Part shown: one piece after another, positions 28,801 to 37,944 of the stretch
How positions within the stretch are numbered: position 1 is the first letter of the stretch
Layout of the letters: each line of letters begins with the position of its first letter
From: Candidatus Anaeroferrophillus wilburensis
GTDB lineage: Bacteria > Desulfobacterota > Anaeroferrophillalia > Anaeroferrophillales > Anaeroferrophillaceae
Length of the DNA: 64,000 nucleotides
NCBI GenBank assembly: GCA_016934315.1
Contig: JAFGSY010000039.1
Location: forward strand, 24,454-88,453
Direction of reading: 5' to 3'
The notes under the pieces: model-generated
Told to the model about the DNA's origin: nothing
Seen by the model: the letters and a program-made list of their open reading frames with translations, nothing else
Databases searched by the model: none
Translations under genes and position numbers: made by a program

Positions 28801-28901
28801 CTGCCGTTAAAACATACCGCAAGTTGCTGCAGTACCCGTTGACTGCCCAGCAGCAGGAGCAGGTGAAAAAAAGGCTTGCAGGCCTTGATAAAGAAGGTTA
28901 G
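25806..28901 (+). CDS. Very large secreted TPR-repeat protein (1031 aa).
   Basis: Signal peptide (MNRSAVVKWWVVAFSFAVLTLSWS) then more than 15 TPR-like repeats. Start is either GTG 25806, overlapping the upstream stop, or ATG 25815. Confidence 0.7.
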   Translation: MQIMNRSAVVKWWVVAFSFAVLTLSWSPGLKSDQAGKGLTLPEVVVVGRDSVKLEGFRDFTLMPLLDPGTKLEPADDQLAFDTGGNETSPVWTTPELQSPGCTYRHSVTAYLARGFTGAEGYYYSGKQQYVDGVYQEARYYFSTGIEKFPRSPFVSSSLYWLGEIAYGEHRYAEARNFFSRAAAYPDCQYAGYASYSLGWLAHQEGAFLAAANHFSAVGQLPGTEALQPTALFWQGESLHRAQQLEQSWTVLTRLLERYPGSSYELQARYLLASMAINNKAYETALAFFDDIFTAEQPLTLDVVLVRQSLLAAGWCHYYLKEDQQAVQRFRQLLVPGAPHDTMPLAFLGYGLSLIRQELISDALEAVENRPEPVRSNKVAVVVLRKIIAWYDDHGMISEAIMASQLLVEEFPPTVLSGEDFRRLSLMYGTVNTFVPALEIVENGLSVVADQGESPVPLLIEKTRILQQIGRFDEAESILQELLERSSGLSSAEKYRCRLLLARGYNTVGNIDQALTILQVIPRNSAIPESVLAAYEQGWAFMKGEAYAEALTALDFFLSNEPQVSDLIDQQTVQNALLNKGECLFNLHQDAAAFELFADFGKRFPSSMFNDRACYYQGWILLRQGKASEALAVFLDLLHTYPETSLQDAVFFQRGQSYFSLGMFPQAIHEYEYLINHFPQSSYAGTALLKIGESYFNAQDYLRAKLTYLRTAQTYTGLPLEEQARYGLLLLAYKQRHDDYLEAEFKPFLERFPESTYLSPLMLMIAEIYQQDERWQELKTLLQEILAGHHPDNVKMDALFQLINIARRQQDEAQMQSLCRQMIEMFPGGKYQYDCNLVLAEVYSAQGAYDQALESLAPNLTGCDDLHLQRQSLLSSARINEKSDRWDEAEQLYRRLVSQDSRDSITFAAYDSLGALYRRQKKYDQAIFFYQQGAGNPKPSLAAKSHYFQAVVMLEAGNESEAIKQFLRLPYLFADQQEWIVKSLLVVADYYDRQQNREAAVKTYRKLLQYPLTAQQQEQVKKRLAGLDKEG

Positions 28902-29050
28902 TATTTGTGCCGCATCGATTTGATGTATAAGTTCTGAGGGCCGCTTTTAGGTGCCCAGGGCATTTATTGCAGCATCGTTATGCGGACGTTTTTTCGCCCG
29001 GGAATCGCTCAACCTTGGCGTTGCCAATTAACCACAGGGAGGTTAGCTTA

Positions 29051-29662
29051 ATGTATCAGTTTGTGATTAAAGGCGGGGTTCTCATGTATCCCATTTTGAT
29101 TTGTTCCGTGCTCTCGGTGGCGATTCTCCTGGAGCGGATATGGGCTCTGAGACGTAGCAAGATTATTCCCAATGGTTTTATCATTGAGATCGGCGACCTC
29201 CTCAAACGGCAGAAGCTTGAAGAATCAATGACCTTGTGCAGGTTGAGCAACACGCCCATCTCCCGCATTCTCTTGACCGGCATTAAAAATTTTGGCAAGC
29301 AGCGTGAACTGGTAAAAGAGGCGGTGGAAGAGGTTGGCAGGATGGAAGCTGCGGCATTGGAGCGGTTTCTGACGACCCTGGGAACCATTGCCGGCATTGC
29401 CCCGCTTCTTGGGTTGCTGGGGACCGTAACCGGGATGATTAAAGCCTTTACGGTGATCTCTCAGTCAGGGGTTGGCAATCCTCAACTGCTTGCCGGAGGA
29501 ATTTCTGAAGCACTGATTACCACCGCCGCCGGTCTGACCGTCGCCATCCCTTCCTTCGTCTTTTATAAATACCTTCGTTCGCGTGTAGATAAGATGATTC
29601 TCCGGATGGAGCGGATATCTATCGATATCCTTGATCTCTTTGAAAATCAACGAGAGGTGTGA
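29051..29662 (+). CDS. MotA/TolQ/ExbB proton-channel protein.
   Basis: 3-TM protein with the conserved C-terminal LTTLGTIAGIAPLLGLLGTVTGMIKAF motif. AGGGAGG SD before the ATG at 29051. Confidence 0.85.
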   Translation: MYQFVIKGGVLMYPILICSVLSVAILLERIWALRRSKIIPNGFIIEIGDLLKRQKLEESMTLCRLSNTPISRILLTGIKNFGKQRELVKEAVEEVGRMEAAALERFLTTLGTIAGIAPLLGLLGTVTGMIKAFTVISQSGVGNPQLLAGGISEALITTAAGLTVAIPSFVFYKYLRSRVDKMILRMERISIDILDLFENQREV

Positions 29663-29663
29663 G

Positions 29664-30071
29664 ATGCGTTTTCAACCCCGCAGAAGGGAAGAAGTGCAGC
29701 TGGATGTAACCCCTTTGGTTGATGTTGTTTTTCTTCTGCTTATTTTTTTCATGCTGTCAACAACGCTTTCCATCAACCCTGGAATTAAGGTTGATCTGCC
29801 TAAATCGTCAGCTGAGCAGGTGAAAAGCAAAAAATCTTCAATCAGGGTGGCTCTCGAGGCTAATGGCAGCATGTATGCCGATGGGAAAAAGGTTTCGCTT
29901 GCCAGACTTGATGCGATCTTCAATGGTTTGGCAAAGAAGGATGCTGAAACACTGGTTATTATTGAAGCCGATAAAAAAGTGTACCACGGCATCGTCGTCA
30001 CGGTAATGGATGCTGCCAAAAACGCCGGCCTGAACAAATTGGCAATCGCTACCGAACCAAAGGAAAAATAA
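29664..30071 (+). CDS. ExbD/TolR biopolymer transport protein.
   Basis: N-terminal TM with LDVTPLVDVVFLLLIFFM and a periplasmic domain. The ATG at 29664 follows the exbB stop with a GAGAGG SD. Confidence 0.85.
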   Translation: MRFQPRRREEVQLDVTPLVDVVFLLLIFFMLSTTLSINPGIKVDLPKSSAEQVKSKKSSIRVALEANGSMYADGKKVSLARLDAIFNGLAKKDAETLVIIEADKKVYHGIVVTVMDAAKNAGLNKLAIATEPKEK

Positions 30072-30076
30072 CGTAG

Positions 30077-30916
30077 ATGTCGGTTACTTCCCGAATAATC
30101 GTATTTTCTTTTATTTCCATTCTCCTTCATCTCTCGTTTCTCTTTGTTCTGCCGGACATTTCCCATTTTTTTGCCATCCATTTGCAGCAGATGCAGCTGC
30201 TGCCGGAGACTAAAATCGAGGTTATGCTTCTGCCGCCTGAGCCTGAACCCGTATCTGCGCCACCGGCCGGACCGAACGCCCCTGATGGACCCAGGGTGGA
30301 TAGCAGAATCATCTCATTGGTAGAAGAAAGGATTAATGCTATTCTGGCGTTGGGTGATGTGCCGGTGCCGGCCCCCAAAGAGTTGGAATTGCCGTCAAGC
30401 AGTTTCCGGCCCGCTGAGGAGAACCGGATCATCGCCATGACGCCTTCAGCAACCGATACCACTGCTGATTTTTTTGCTGAGCTTGGTTCCCGAACACCAG
30501 GCGATATGAGCGGTGTGACGCTCCAGGCGTTGCTGCCAGCCGGCTATCTGGAGTCGCAGGACAGTGAACAGCGATTGCTGGCGGCACTACAGCAGGATGT
30601 GGATCAGCAGGAAAACTTCACGGCGGTGAAAAATCGTATTCTTGGTCTTGAAGGGCCGGTTGCCGAATCGCGGACGGTTGTTTCCCAGCCGGCGCTTCCC
30701 CAGGTTTCCCTGCAACAGGAGACGGAAGTCAAACTTAAATTCTGGCTGCGTCCCGATGGCACTGTTGGTCGGGTTGAACCGTTGGTAATAGGTGATCTGG
30801 CATTGGTTAAAGTTGCTGAAATATATCTGAAAGCGTGGCGTTTCAACACCCTGTCGCCCGATGACCCCCATAGCGATCAGTGGGGGACCATAACCATTCG
30901 TTTTGCCATTAAGTAG
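30077..30916 (+). CDS. TonB/TolA-like energy-transducer protein.
   Basis: N-terminal TM anchor, Pro-rich spacer (PPEPEPVSAPPAGPNAPDGP) and a C-terminal TonB-C-like domain (LKFWLRPDGTVGRVEPL). Confidence 0.65.
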   Translation: MSVTSRIIVFSFISILLHLSFLFVLPDISHFFAIHLQQMQLLPETKIEVMLLPPEPEPVSAPPAGPNAPDGPRVDSRIISLVEERINAILALGDVPVPAPKELELPSSSFRPAEENRIIAMTPSATDTTADFFAELGSRTPGDMSGVTLQALLPAGYLESQDSEQRLLAALQQDVDQQENFTAVKNRILGLEGPVAESRTVVSQPALPQVSLQQETEVKLKFWLRPDGTVGRVEPLVIGDLALVKVAEIYLKAWRFNTLSPDDPHSDQWGTITIRFAIK

Positions 30917-31186
30917 ATGAAACAGCTCATACCGTTACTGCTACTGAGCCTGTGCTGTGCGTTTCTAGGTTTTGCCGTATTCGGAGACAATGGCTTTTTG
31001 CATTTGTCAATGATGAAGCGTGAAATCGCCAGCATTGAGTTGTCTGCCAAAGAGTTGAAGGCAGAGAATGAACGTCTGAAACGTACGGTTCTGTTGCTGC
31101 AGGACGATGTCAGATATCAGGAGCTGGCCGCTAGAACAGAACTGGGGATGGTTCGGGAGAATGAACAGGTCTTTATATTCAGGTAG
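30917..31186 (+). CDS. ftsB: Septum-formation initiator family protein (FtsB/DivIC-like).
   Basis: 89 aa with an N-terminal TM, a coiled coil (ELKAENERLKRTV) and the C-terminal motif YQEELARTELGMVRENE typical of FtsB. Confidence 0.65.
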   Translation: MKQLIPLLLLSLCCAFLGFAVFGDNGFLHLSMMKREIASIELSAKELKAENERLKRTVLLLQDDVRYQELAARTELGMVRENEQVFIFR

Positions 31187-31257
31187 TTTCAGGGCGTTCT
31201 GGTTTTTCCAGATGGGGGCGATGTGGTGATGATTGGTGCCTGCAGATGCAAAAAACC

Positions 31258-31286
31258 TTGACATATTCTTTACCGGTAGATACACT
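31258..31286 (+). promoter_or_regulatory. Sigma-70-like promoter (TTGACA-17 nt-TACACT).
   Basis: Consensus -35 TTGACA at 31258-31263, 17-nt spacer, -10 TACACT at 31281-31286. The predicted transcription start lies about 15 nt upstream of a strong intrinsic terminator. Confidence 0.4.
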
Positions 31287-31305
31287 TTCAGATTATTATA
31301 GGTAT

Positions 31306-31334
31306 CCCCCCACCAGCGGTATGGGGGGTTTTTT
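31306..31334 (+). terminator. Rho-independent terminator (CCCCCCA-9 nt loop-TGGGGGG followed by TTTTTT).
   Basis: 7-bp G/C stem at 31306-31312 / 31322-31328 and T-run at 31329-31334. Oriented for the + strand only. Confidence 0.75.
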
Positions 31335-31406
31335 ATGGCTGCCAAGACCATGCTGAACTGGCATTTACCATAGAGTGCCGGCGATGGCAAAAACAAGGGT
31401 ATTACC

Positions 31407-31583
31407 GTGACTGTCGATGAGAAAACTCTCTGCGTCGTCTGTGCCTGGCGGGAGGATTGCCGGAAGAAATTCAGGGTTTCGGCCGGCGATGCCCATTGTC
31501 CTGATTTCTGTCGTGATGTGCGGGTTGCCCATGACCTGCCGGCAGAGTCGGAAAAATCCGCCGGCGAAAAACAGCGTCACTAG
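31407..31583 (+). CDS. Candidate small Cys-rich protein (58 aa, GTG start) with a CxxC-x5-C...CxxxC pattern.
   Basis: ORF VTVDEKTLCVVCAWREDCRKKFRVSAGDAHCPDFCRDVRVAHDLPAESEKSAGEKQRH with an AAGGGT SD 7 nt upstream of the GTG. Not in the ORF track because it lacks an ATG. Competes with an unrecognisable antisense ORF at 31365..31721. Confidence 0.3.
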   Translation: MTVDEKTLCVVCAWREDCRKKFRVSAGDAHCPDFCRDVRVAHDLPAESEKSAGEKQRH

Positions 31584-31744
31584 TTGATGAGCATTTTTTG
31601 AGCACTCAATGGTGCAGTCTGTTTGGCGTTTGTCGGTGAAGAGGGTTTCCGGTTCAATGAAGGTCAGCAGAGGAGATACCCCCTTATCAGTGGTGTCTTG
31701 GTGTTTCTGCTGGTGAAACATTTTTTTTGCAATGACAGGATGTT

Positions 31745-33412
31745 ATGAAGGAACAGTTGATAAATTTGCTTGGCGATGCCGTCAGAACAGTGGCAGAATC
31801 ATGGGGTGTGCCACAGGATTTTTTGCCGGAAGTGGTTGTTGAGCAGCCCAAGGAGAAAAAGTTTGGTGATTTCGCCAGCAATATTGCCATGCAGATGGCC
31901 AGCGTGCTGAAACGAAATCCCCGTGATATAGCTGCGGCGATTCAGTTGCAGCTCGCTGATACACCGGATATTGAGCAGGCTTCCATTGCCGGCCCCGGTT
32001 TTATCAATGTGACCTTGAGCAAGACCTGCTGGCAGCAGTGCCTTGCCCGCATGTGCATGCAGGGCAAGCATTTTGGTGACCTGGAAATGGGTGCCGGCCG
32101 GCGGGTGATGGTTGAATTCGTCAGTGCCAATCCCACCGGTCCGCTCCATATTGGCCATGGGCGCGGGGCGGCGGTGGGAGATAGCCTGGCCCGTATTCTC
32201 CGCAAAGCCGGCTATACGACCATCAGTGAATACTACATCAATGATGCGGGCAACCAGATGGAAACCCTTGGCCGTTCCCTGCAGTGGCGTTACCTTGAAC
32301 TCCTGGGACGTTCCCGGGGCGAGTATCCTGAGTCCTATTATCAGGGTGATTATCTCACGGGCATGGCCAGGAAACTGCGGGGTGAACAGGGTGATGAGCT
32401 GGTCGGGAAAGAGGGAGAAGAAACCTCCCTTCCCTTCTTTATTGACTACGCCAGCGAGGCAATTCTGGCCGGTATCCGTGATGATTTAATCAGTTTCGGC
32501 ATCAGTTTTGACAACTGGACCAGCGAAAAACAGTTTTTTCAGGATGGTAAGGTTGATGCCGTTATTGAAGATCTGAAAACCCGGGGGGTTCTGTATGAAA
32601 AAGATGATGCCCTCTGGTTTGCTTCCAGCAGGCTTGGTGATGAAAAAGACCGGGTGGTGGTAAGAAGCAATGGTGTGAAAACCTATTTTGCTTCAGATAT
32701 TGCCTATCATCAGGATAAGCATGAGCGTGGTTTTGACCTGATGATTGATGTCTGGGGAGCTGATCACCACGGCTATGTGCCCAGACTTACCGCTGCTCTC
32801 GATGCTTTGGGGATTGCTGAGGATGCCTTCAGGGTGGTGCTGGTGCAGCTGGTGAATTTGATGCGCAGTGGCCAGCCGGTAGCCATGTCCACCCGGGCCG
32901 GGCAGTTTGTTACCCTGGATGAGGTGGTCCAGGAGGTAGGCAAAGACGCAGCCCGGTTCTTTTTCCTTCTCCGTCGCCCTGACAGTCACCTGGATTTTGA
33001 TCTGGAGCTGGCCAAGGCCCAGAATAATGAGAATCCTGTCTATTATGTGCAGTATGCCCATGCCCGTCTCTGCAGCATCCTCAGAAAAGCCAGGGAAGCT
33101 GGCATCAATCTCCCCGAAGTGGCAACCGCTGATCTGTCACGGCTGATTCTAGATGAGGAAATGGACTTGATCAAAAAGCTGGATTCTTTTCCTGCTGTTA
33201 TTGAATCGGCCGCCCGTTACCTTGAACCTCATCGGGTAACCTATTTTGTTTCTGAGTTGGCGGCGCTTTTTCATTCCTATTACAATAAGAACCGGGTGAT
33301 ATCGGATGACCGGATATTGACGGGCGCTCGCCTGCTGCTGGTTGCCGAGCTTCAACTGGTGTTACAGATGGGATTGGGGCTCCTTGGGATTGATGCTCCT
33401 ACGTCCATGTAG
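31745..33412 (+). CDS. argS: Arginine--tRNA ligase.
   Basis: 555 aa. HIGH-type motif PTGPLHIGHGRGA, DALR anticodon-binding C-terminus ending in M. Confidence 0.93.
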   Translation: MKEQLINLLGDAVRTVAESWGVPQDFLPEVVVEQPKEKKFGDFASNIAMQMASVLKRNPRDIAAAIQLQLADTPDIEQASIAGPGFINVTLSKTCWQQCLARMCMQGKHFGDLEMGAGRRVMVEFVSANPTGPLHIGHGRGAAVGDSLARILRKAGYTTISEYYINDAGNQMETLGRSLQWRYLELLGRSRGEYPESYYQGDYLTGMARKLRGEQGDELVGKEGEETSLPFFIDYASEAILAGIRDDLISFGISFDNWTSEKQFFQDGKVDAVIEDLKTRGVLYEKDDALWFASSRLGDEKDRVVVRSNGVKTYFASDIAYHQDKHERGFDLMIDVWGADHHGYVPRLTAALDALGIAEDAFRVVLVQLVNLMRSGQPVAMSTRAGQFVTLDEVVQEVGKDAARFFFLLRRPDSHLDFDLELAKAQNNENPVYYVQYAHARLCSILRKAREAGINLPEVATADLSRLILDEEMDLIKKLDSFPAVIESAARYLEPHRVTYFVSELAALFHSYYNKNRVISDDRILTGARLLLVAELQLVLQMGLGLLGIDAPTSM

Positions 33413-33419
33413 GTAAACA

Positions 33420-34124
33420 ATGAATACCCTGCGAAATTTTGTTGTTATTTTTTTTCTTGGCATTATTGTTTTTTTGGCTGGCGTACTGGTGGGTAAGAGC
33501 CTGAGCGATCTGTCTCACCGTAAAATGGCTCAGGCAGTTGCAGAAATGCCGGCTACGCTGCCGGTACAACAGGTGGTTCCGGTTGCTGATCGGGAAAAAA
33601 CTGCTTTAGGCGAAAGCGCCAGAGTAGCACCGGCACCGTTGCCGTTGTCTTTGCAGCCGGTTGCCGGATCGACAGATAGTGCCCAACAGGCGTCACCAAC
33701 CACAGGGCTGCCGCTTCCGGGGGATGGTGCCCAGGAGATTCACTATACGTTCTACAAAACGTTGACCAGTGAGAAGGAAACACCGGTGGGTGCCGCTGAA
33801 TCTGATCGGCGGTTGCCGGTGAAAAAGCCGGACACTGGAGTGGGAAAAAAGGATGCGATTTTGCTGCCCCGCACCCCGACTGTTCAGCCTGGAGGTATTG
33901 TTTTGCAGGTTGCGTCCTATGACCAGGAGGGGAAGGCCCGCTTGTTTCGCAACCATCTGGTTCAGGAGGGCTATGGTAAAGCTGTGGTGGTGGCCGCCGC
34001 CATTGCCGGGAAAGGCACCTGGTATCGGGTGCGGATTGTTGATATTCCTAATCCCCAGACTGCGATTCGTTTGCAGAAACGTCTGCAGGAACAGGAAGGC
34101 ATTACCTCTTTTGTGGTAAAATAA
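33420..34124 (+). CDS. SPOR-domain protein (cell-division-associated peptidoglycan binding).
   Basis: N-terminal TM, low-complexity linker and a C-terminal SPOR domain (IVLQVASYDQEGKARLFRNHLVQEGYGKAVVVAAA...WYRVRIV). Confidence 0.7.
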   Translation: MNTLRNFVVIFFLGIIVFLAGVLVGKSLSDLSHRKMAQAVAEMPATLPVQQVVPVADREKTALGESARVAPAPLPLSLQPVAGSTDSAQQASPTTGLPLPGDGAQEIHYTFYKTLTSEKETPVGAAESDRRLPVKKPDTGVGKKDAILLPRTPTVQPGGIVLQVASYDQEGKARLFRNHLVQEGYGKAVVVAAAIAGKGTWYRVRIVDIPNPQTAIRLQKRLQEQEGITSFVVK

Positions 34125-34282
34125 AGCATGTTTTTCTGCTACGGGAAGATCTTCTGGTGTTTTATTTTTTTGTTAGCTAACGGCTTATTGTTTCCGAGGC
34201 ATTTTGGCAAGGTTGCCAGACTGAAGCGCTCATGATAACTCCTGCGGCATCGATTTCTATAGATGGATAGTATAAACATTTT

Positions 34283-36088
34283 ATGCAGATTACCCAGAAA
34301 CAGATAAGAAATTTTTCCATCATTGCCCATATCGACCACGGTAAATCCACCCTTGCTGATCGTCTGTTGGAGATCACCGGCGCGGTAAGCTCCCGGGAGA
34401 TGAGAGAACAGCTGCTGGATAGTATGGACCTTGAACGTGAACGGGGGATAACTATCAAGGCCCAGACCGTTCGTCTCCTCTATAAAGCCAAGGATGGCCT
34501 GCTCTATTCCCTGAATCTCATTGATACCCCCGGACATGTCGATTTTTCCTATGAAGTGTCCCGCAGTCTTGCGGCAACTGAAGGTGCAATTCTGGTGGTT
34601 GACGCGGTTCAGGGGGTCGAAGCCCAGACATTGGCCAATGTCTATCTGGCCATCGACGGCAATCTGGAAATTATTCCTGTTTTGAACAAGATTGATCTCC
34701 CCGTTGCTGATCCCGAACGGATTATCCATCAGATTGAAGAGGTGGTTGGTCTGCCGGCTGATGATGCCATATTGGTCAGCGCCAAAACCGGGGTTGGGGT
34801 AGGGGATTTACTGGAGGCTATTGTCCACCGTGTCCCGGCCCCAACCGGTGACCGGACAGCGCCGTTGAAAGCGATGATTTTTGATTCCTGGTTTGACTCC
34901 TACCAGGGTGTGGTGGCTATGATCAGGGTTTTTGAAGGTGAAATTACACCGGGAATGAAGATCAAAATGGTTTCCACCGGCAAGGAGTTTGAAGTATTGA
35001 AAATCGGCGTGCACACTCCGGTGGATATTCTGGTTACCAGCCTGGCTGCGGGTGAAGTAGGCTTCCTGGTTGCCGGGATTAAAGATGTCGCGGACTGCAA
35101 AATCGGCGATACGGTAACGACGGCTGCCAATAAAACGCCGGTTTCCCTGCCGGGTTTTCAGGAGATTAAGCCGATGGTGTTCAGCGGCCTGTATCCTGTC
35201 GATTCGGTCCAGTATGAGCCGTTGCGAGACGCTTTGGCAAAACTGCGCCTTAATGATGCCTCCTTTTTTTACCAGCCGGAAACGTCGGTTGCCTTGGGGT
35301 TTGGTTTTCGCTGTGGTTTTCTCGGCTTGCTGCATATGGAAATCATCCAGGAGCGGCTCGAGCGGGAGTACAATCTCGATCTGATTTCCACCGCGCCGAC
35401 AGTTGTCTATCAGGTCAATATGCAAGACGGTTCTGTGGTGTATATTGATAATCCGAGCAAGCTGCCGCCACCCCAGGAATTCAGCTCCATAGAAGAGCCG
35501 GTGGTGCGGGCGACCATCCATGTCCCCAATGAGTATATTGGCAATATCATGAAGCTTTGTGAAGATAAGAGGGGCAAGCAGCAGGAGATAAAATATCTGG
35601 ATGAAACCCGGGTGATGATAAGCTATGAATTGCCGCTTAATGAAATAGTTCTCGATTTCTACGACAAGCTGAAATCATTGTCCCGCGGCTATGCTTCCCT
35701 TGATTACGAGCCGGCCGGCTACCGACCGGCAAAACTGGTGAAGCTTGATATTCTCATCAACGGCGAGCTGGTCGATGCCCTGTCACTTATTGTTCATGAA
35801 TCACGTTCTTTTGAGCGGGGGCGCGATCTGACGGTAAAAATGAAGCAGCTGATTCATTCGCAGATGTTTGAAGTTGCCATTCAGGCGGCGATTGGCAATA
35901 AGATCATTGCCCGGACAACTGTCAGAGCTTTGCGAAAAAATGTTACGGCTAAATGCTATGGTGGAGATATTACCCGCAAGCGCAAGTTGCTGGAGAAGCA
36001 GAAAGCCGGTAAAAAGAGGATGAAACGGGTGGGGAAGGTGGAGTTGCCCCAGGATGCCTTTCTGGCAATGCTTAATATCGATAACTGA
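34283..36088 (+). CDS. lepA: Elongation factor 4 (LepA).
   Basis: GTP-binding motifs ([21 protein letters not shown]) and the LepA-specific C-terminal domain. 601 aa. Confidence 0.93.
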   Translation: MQITQKQIRNFSIIAHIDHGKSTLADRLLEITGAVSSREMREQLLDSMDLERERGITIKAQTVRLLYKAKDGLLYSLNLIDTPGHVDFSYEVSRSLAATEGAILVVDAVQGVEAQTLANVYLAIDGNLEIIPVLNKIDLPVADPERIIHQIEEVVGLPADDAILVSAKTGVGVGDLLEAIVHRVPAPTGDRTAPLKAMIFDSWFDSYQGVVAMIRVFEGEITPGMKIKMVSTGKEFEVLKIGVHTPVDILVTSLAAGEVGFLVAGIKDVADCKIGDTVTTAANKTPVSLPGFQEIKPMVFSGLYPVDSVQYEPLRDALAKLRLNDASFFYQPETSVALGFGFRCGFLGLLHMEIIQERLEREYNLDLISTAPTVVYQVNMQDGSVVYIDNPSKLPPPQEFSSIEEPVVRATIHVPNEYIGNIMKLCEDKRGKQQEIKYLDETRVMISYELPLNEIVLDFYDKLKSLSRGYASLDYEPAGYRPAKLVKLDILINGELVDALSLIVHESRSFERGRDLTVKMKQLIHSQMFEVAIQAAIGNKIIARTTVRALRKNVTAKCYGGDITRKRKLLEKQKAGKKRMKRVGKVELPQDAFLAMLNIDN

Positions 36089-36280
36089 TGTTTGCGCGAT
36101 GATATTCTGGTTGCTGAGACGCCGTCATTGGTGCCTCCCGGACTGTTCCATGCAGTTCGGCTGTGGTAGGTACGTGCATGCTCGTGCTCTGCTGCCGTGC
36201 AAGCTGTCCTTGATTTATCGGGTACCGCAGGCCACTGATCTGTCCTTGGGAATAACGTAGCTTTACACTGGAGATAACCT

Positions 36281-36904
36281 ATGAGTTCTAATCGTTCAAT
36301 AGGGGTAGTCCGGGAATACGCCGAATCGATAATTATTGCGGTAATTATCGCCCTGATCATCCGAGCCTTTATTGTTCAGGCGTTCAAAATTCCTTCGGGA
36401 TCCATGGAGCCGACGCTGCTGATCGGCGACCATCTGTTGGTCAATAAATTCAGCTATGGCTTCCATATCCCTTTTACCGAGAAAAAACTCCTTGTCCGTA
36501 ACGAACCGGAACGTGGTGATATTATAGTTTTTACCTATCCGGTAGACAATAAAAAAGATTTTATCAAGCGGGTTATCGGTTTGCCGGGTGAAACGGTTGA
36601 GATTCTCCAGAAAAAAATTTATATAGATGGCAAGCTTCTGGATGATCCTTATGGTACTTTTCGTGATCCCCTGACTGTTTCTCAGGTACCCCGGGATAAT
36701 TTCGGCCCGGTGGTGGTGCCTGCGAATAATGTTTTTGTCATGGGAGATAATAGGGATCGAAGTTATGACAGCCGTTTCTGGGGTTTTGTCGATTACGGCA
36801 AGATAAAGGGCAAGGCAATGATTATCTACTGGTCATGGGACAAGCAGGCCAAAAAAATCTGGTATAAGGTGCGCGTTAGTCGTTTGGCTCAGTTAATCAG
36901 ATAG
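36281..36904 (+). CDS. lepB: Signal peptidase I.
   Basis: Catalytic Ser motif IPSGSMEPTL and Lys box KRVIGLPGE...GDNRDRSYDSRFWG. Immediately downstream of lepA. Confidence 0.9.
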   Translation: MSSNRSIGVVREYAESIIIAVIIALIIRAFIVQAFKIPSGSMEPTLLIGDHLLVNKFSYGFHIPFTEKKLLVRNEPERGDIIVFTYPVDNKKDFIKRVIGLPGETVEILQKKIYIDGKLLDDPYGTFRDPLTVSQVPRDNFGPVVVPANNVFVMGDNRDRSYDSRFWGFVDYGKIKGKAMIIYWSWDKQAKKIWYKVRVSRLAQLIR

Positions 36905-36995
36905 TTGCTAAATTAGCGCAACGGCGGTAATTGTTCGTGCCGAAGGTGGGGAACGGCAGCATGGATGCGGTTAGCCGCATTGATGGAGGGAAAAC

Positions 36996-37343
36996 ATGGA
37001 CCAACAACTGGACATCCGGTTTATAGTGGAAAAACAGCGCCTGGTTGCCTGTCCTCAAGGGGCACTTTCCGTTGCTGTTCGGGATCAGTTCTATGCCGGA
37101 ATTGTTGATCGGTTGGCTGTTGAAGGACTGAAACATCTGGTCGTTGATCTGGGTGATGTTCCAAACATTGACTCATCCGCTCTGGGCGTCCTTTTTTCCC
37201 TCTACAAACACCTTGTCCAGAAAAACGGCAGCCTTGTTCTCCTGCGGCCAACCGGTATGGTTGCGGAAGTGGTTCATATAACCCATATGGAAAAGATTGT
37301 GCAGATCAAACAGAGTCTCGATGAACTGCCGCCCATTGAATAG
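36996..37343 (+). CDS. STAS-domain protein (anti-sigma-factor antagonist-like).
   Basis: 115 aa with the SpoIIAA-like pattern (VVDLGDVPNIDSSALGVL). No cognate anti-sigma kinase nearby. Confidence 0.65.
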   Translation: MDQQLDIRFIVEKQRLVACPQGALSVAVRDQFYAGIVDRLAVEGLKHLVVDLGDVPNIDSSALGVLFSLYKHLVQKNGSLVLLRPTGMVAEVVHITHMEKIVQIKQSLDELPPIE

Positions 37344-37384
37344 CCTGTCGGTGAGGATGAGTCGATGCCTGTGAAGGGGAAGCC

Positions 37385-37939
37385 ATGACACATGATACCT
37401 TTGTGCTTGATGATCGCGGGATGGCCATGGTGTTGTCACGAATGGCCTATGAAGTTCTGGAGCGTAACCCCCGTCAGCACGACCTGGTGCTGGTGGGAAT
37501 TAGAACCAGGGGGGTGTATCTGGCCCAGCGGCTACAGGCCCTCTTTGTCCGGATTGCCGATCTTGATGTCCCACTTGGGGTTCTTGATATCACCCTTTAC
37601 CGGGATGATTTAAGCCGCGGCATCCATCATCCGGTCCTGGAGAAAACGGATATTCCTTTTTCTCTTGACGATAAGGTGGTCATTCTTGTTGATGATGTTC
37701 TCTATACCGGCAGGACGGTTCGTGCAGCCATGGACGGTTTGATGGATTTCGGCCGGCCGCAAGCCATACAGCTGCTCGTTCTGGTGGACCGCGGTCTCAG
37801 GGAGCTGCCGATAATGCCCAACTTTGTCGGCAAGCATGTACCTTCATCACCTGCCGACCTTGTCAAGGTAAGGATGCAGGAAGGTGATGGCTACGATTCC
37901 GTAACGGTGAGCGTTGATTCACGTCAGTTGAAGGGATAG
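37385..37939 (+). CDS. pyrR: Bifunctional pyrimidine operon regulator / uracil phosphoribosyltransferase PyrR.
   Basis: PRTase motif VVILVDDVLYTGRTVRAAMD and the PyrR N-terminus. Directly upstream of pyrB. Confidence 0.9.
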   Translation: MTHDTFVLDDRGMAMVLSRMAYEVLERNPRQHDLVLVGIRTRGVYLAQRLQALFVRIADLDVPLGVLDITLYRDDLSRGIHHPVLEKTDIPFSLDDKVVILVDDVLYTGRTVRAAMDGLMDFGRPQAIQLLVLVDRGLRELPIMPNFVGKHVPSSPADLVKVRMQEGDGYDSVTVSVDSRQLKG

Positions 37940-37944
37940 GGTAG

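Noticed and set aside
31365-31721. 118-aa minus-strand ORF in the ftsB-argS spacer.
   Set aside because: No recognisable domains, no SD, and it is antisense to a plus-strand promoter/terminator pair and to an SD-preceded Cys-rich small ORF. Judged less likely than the plus-strand features.
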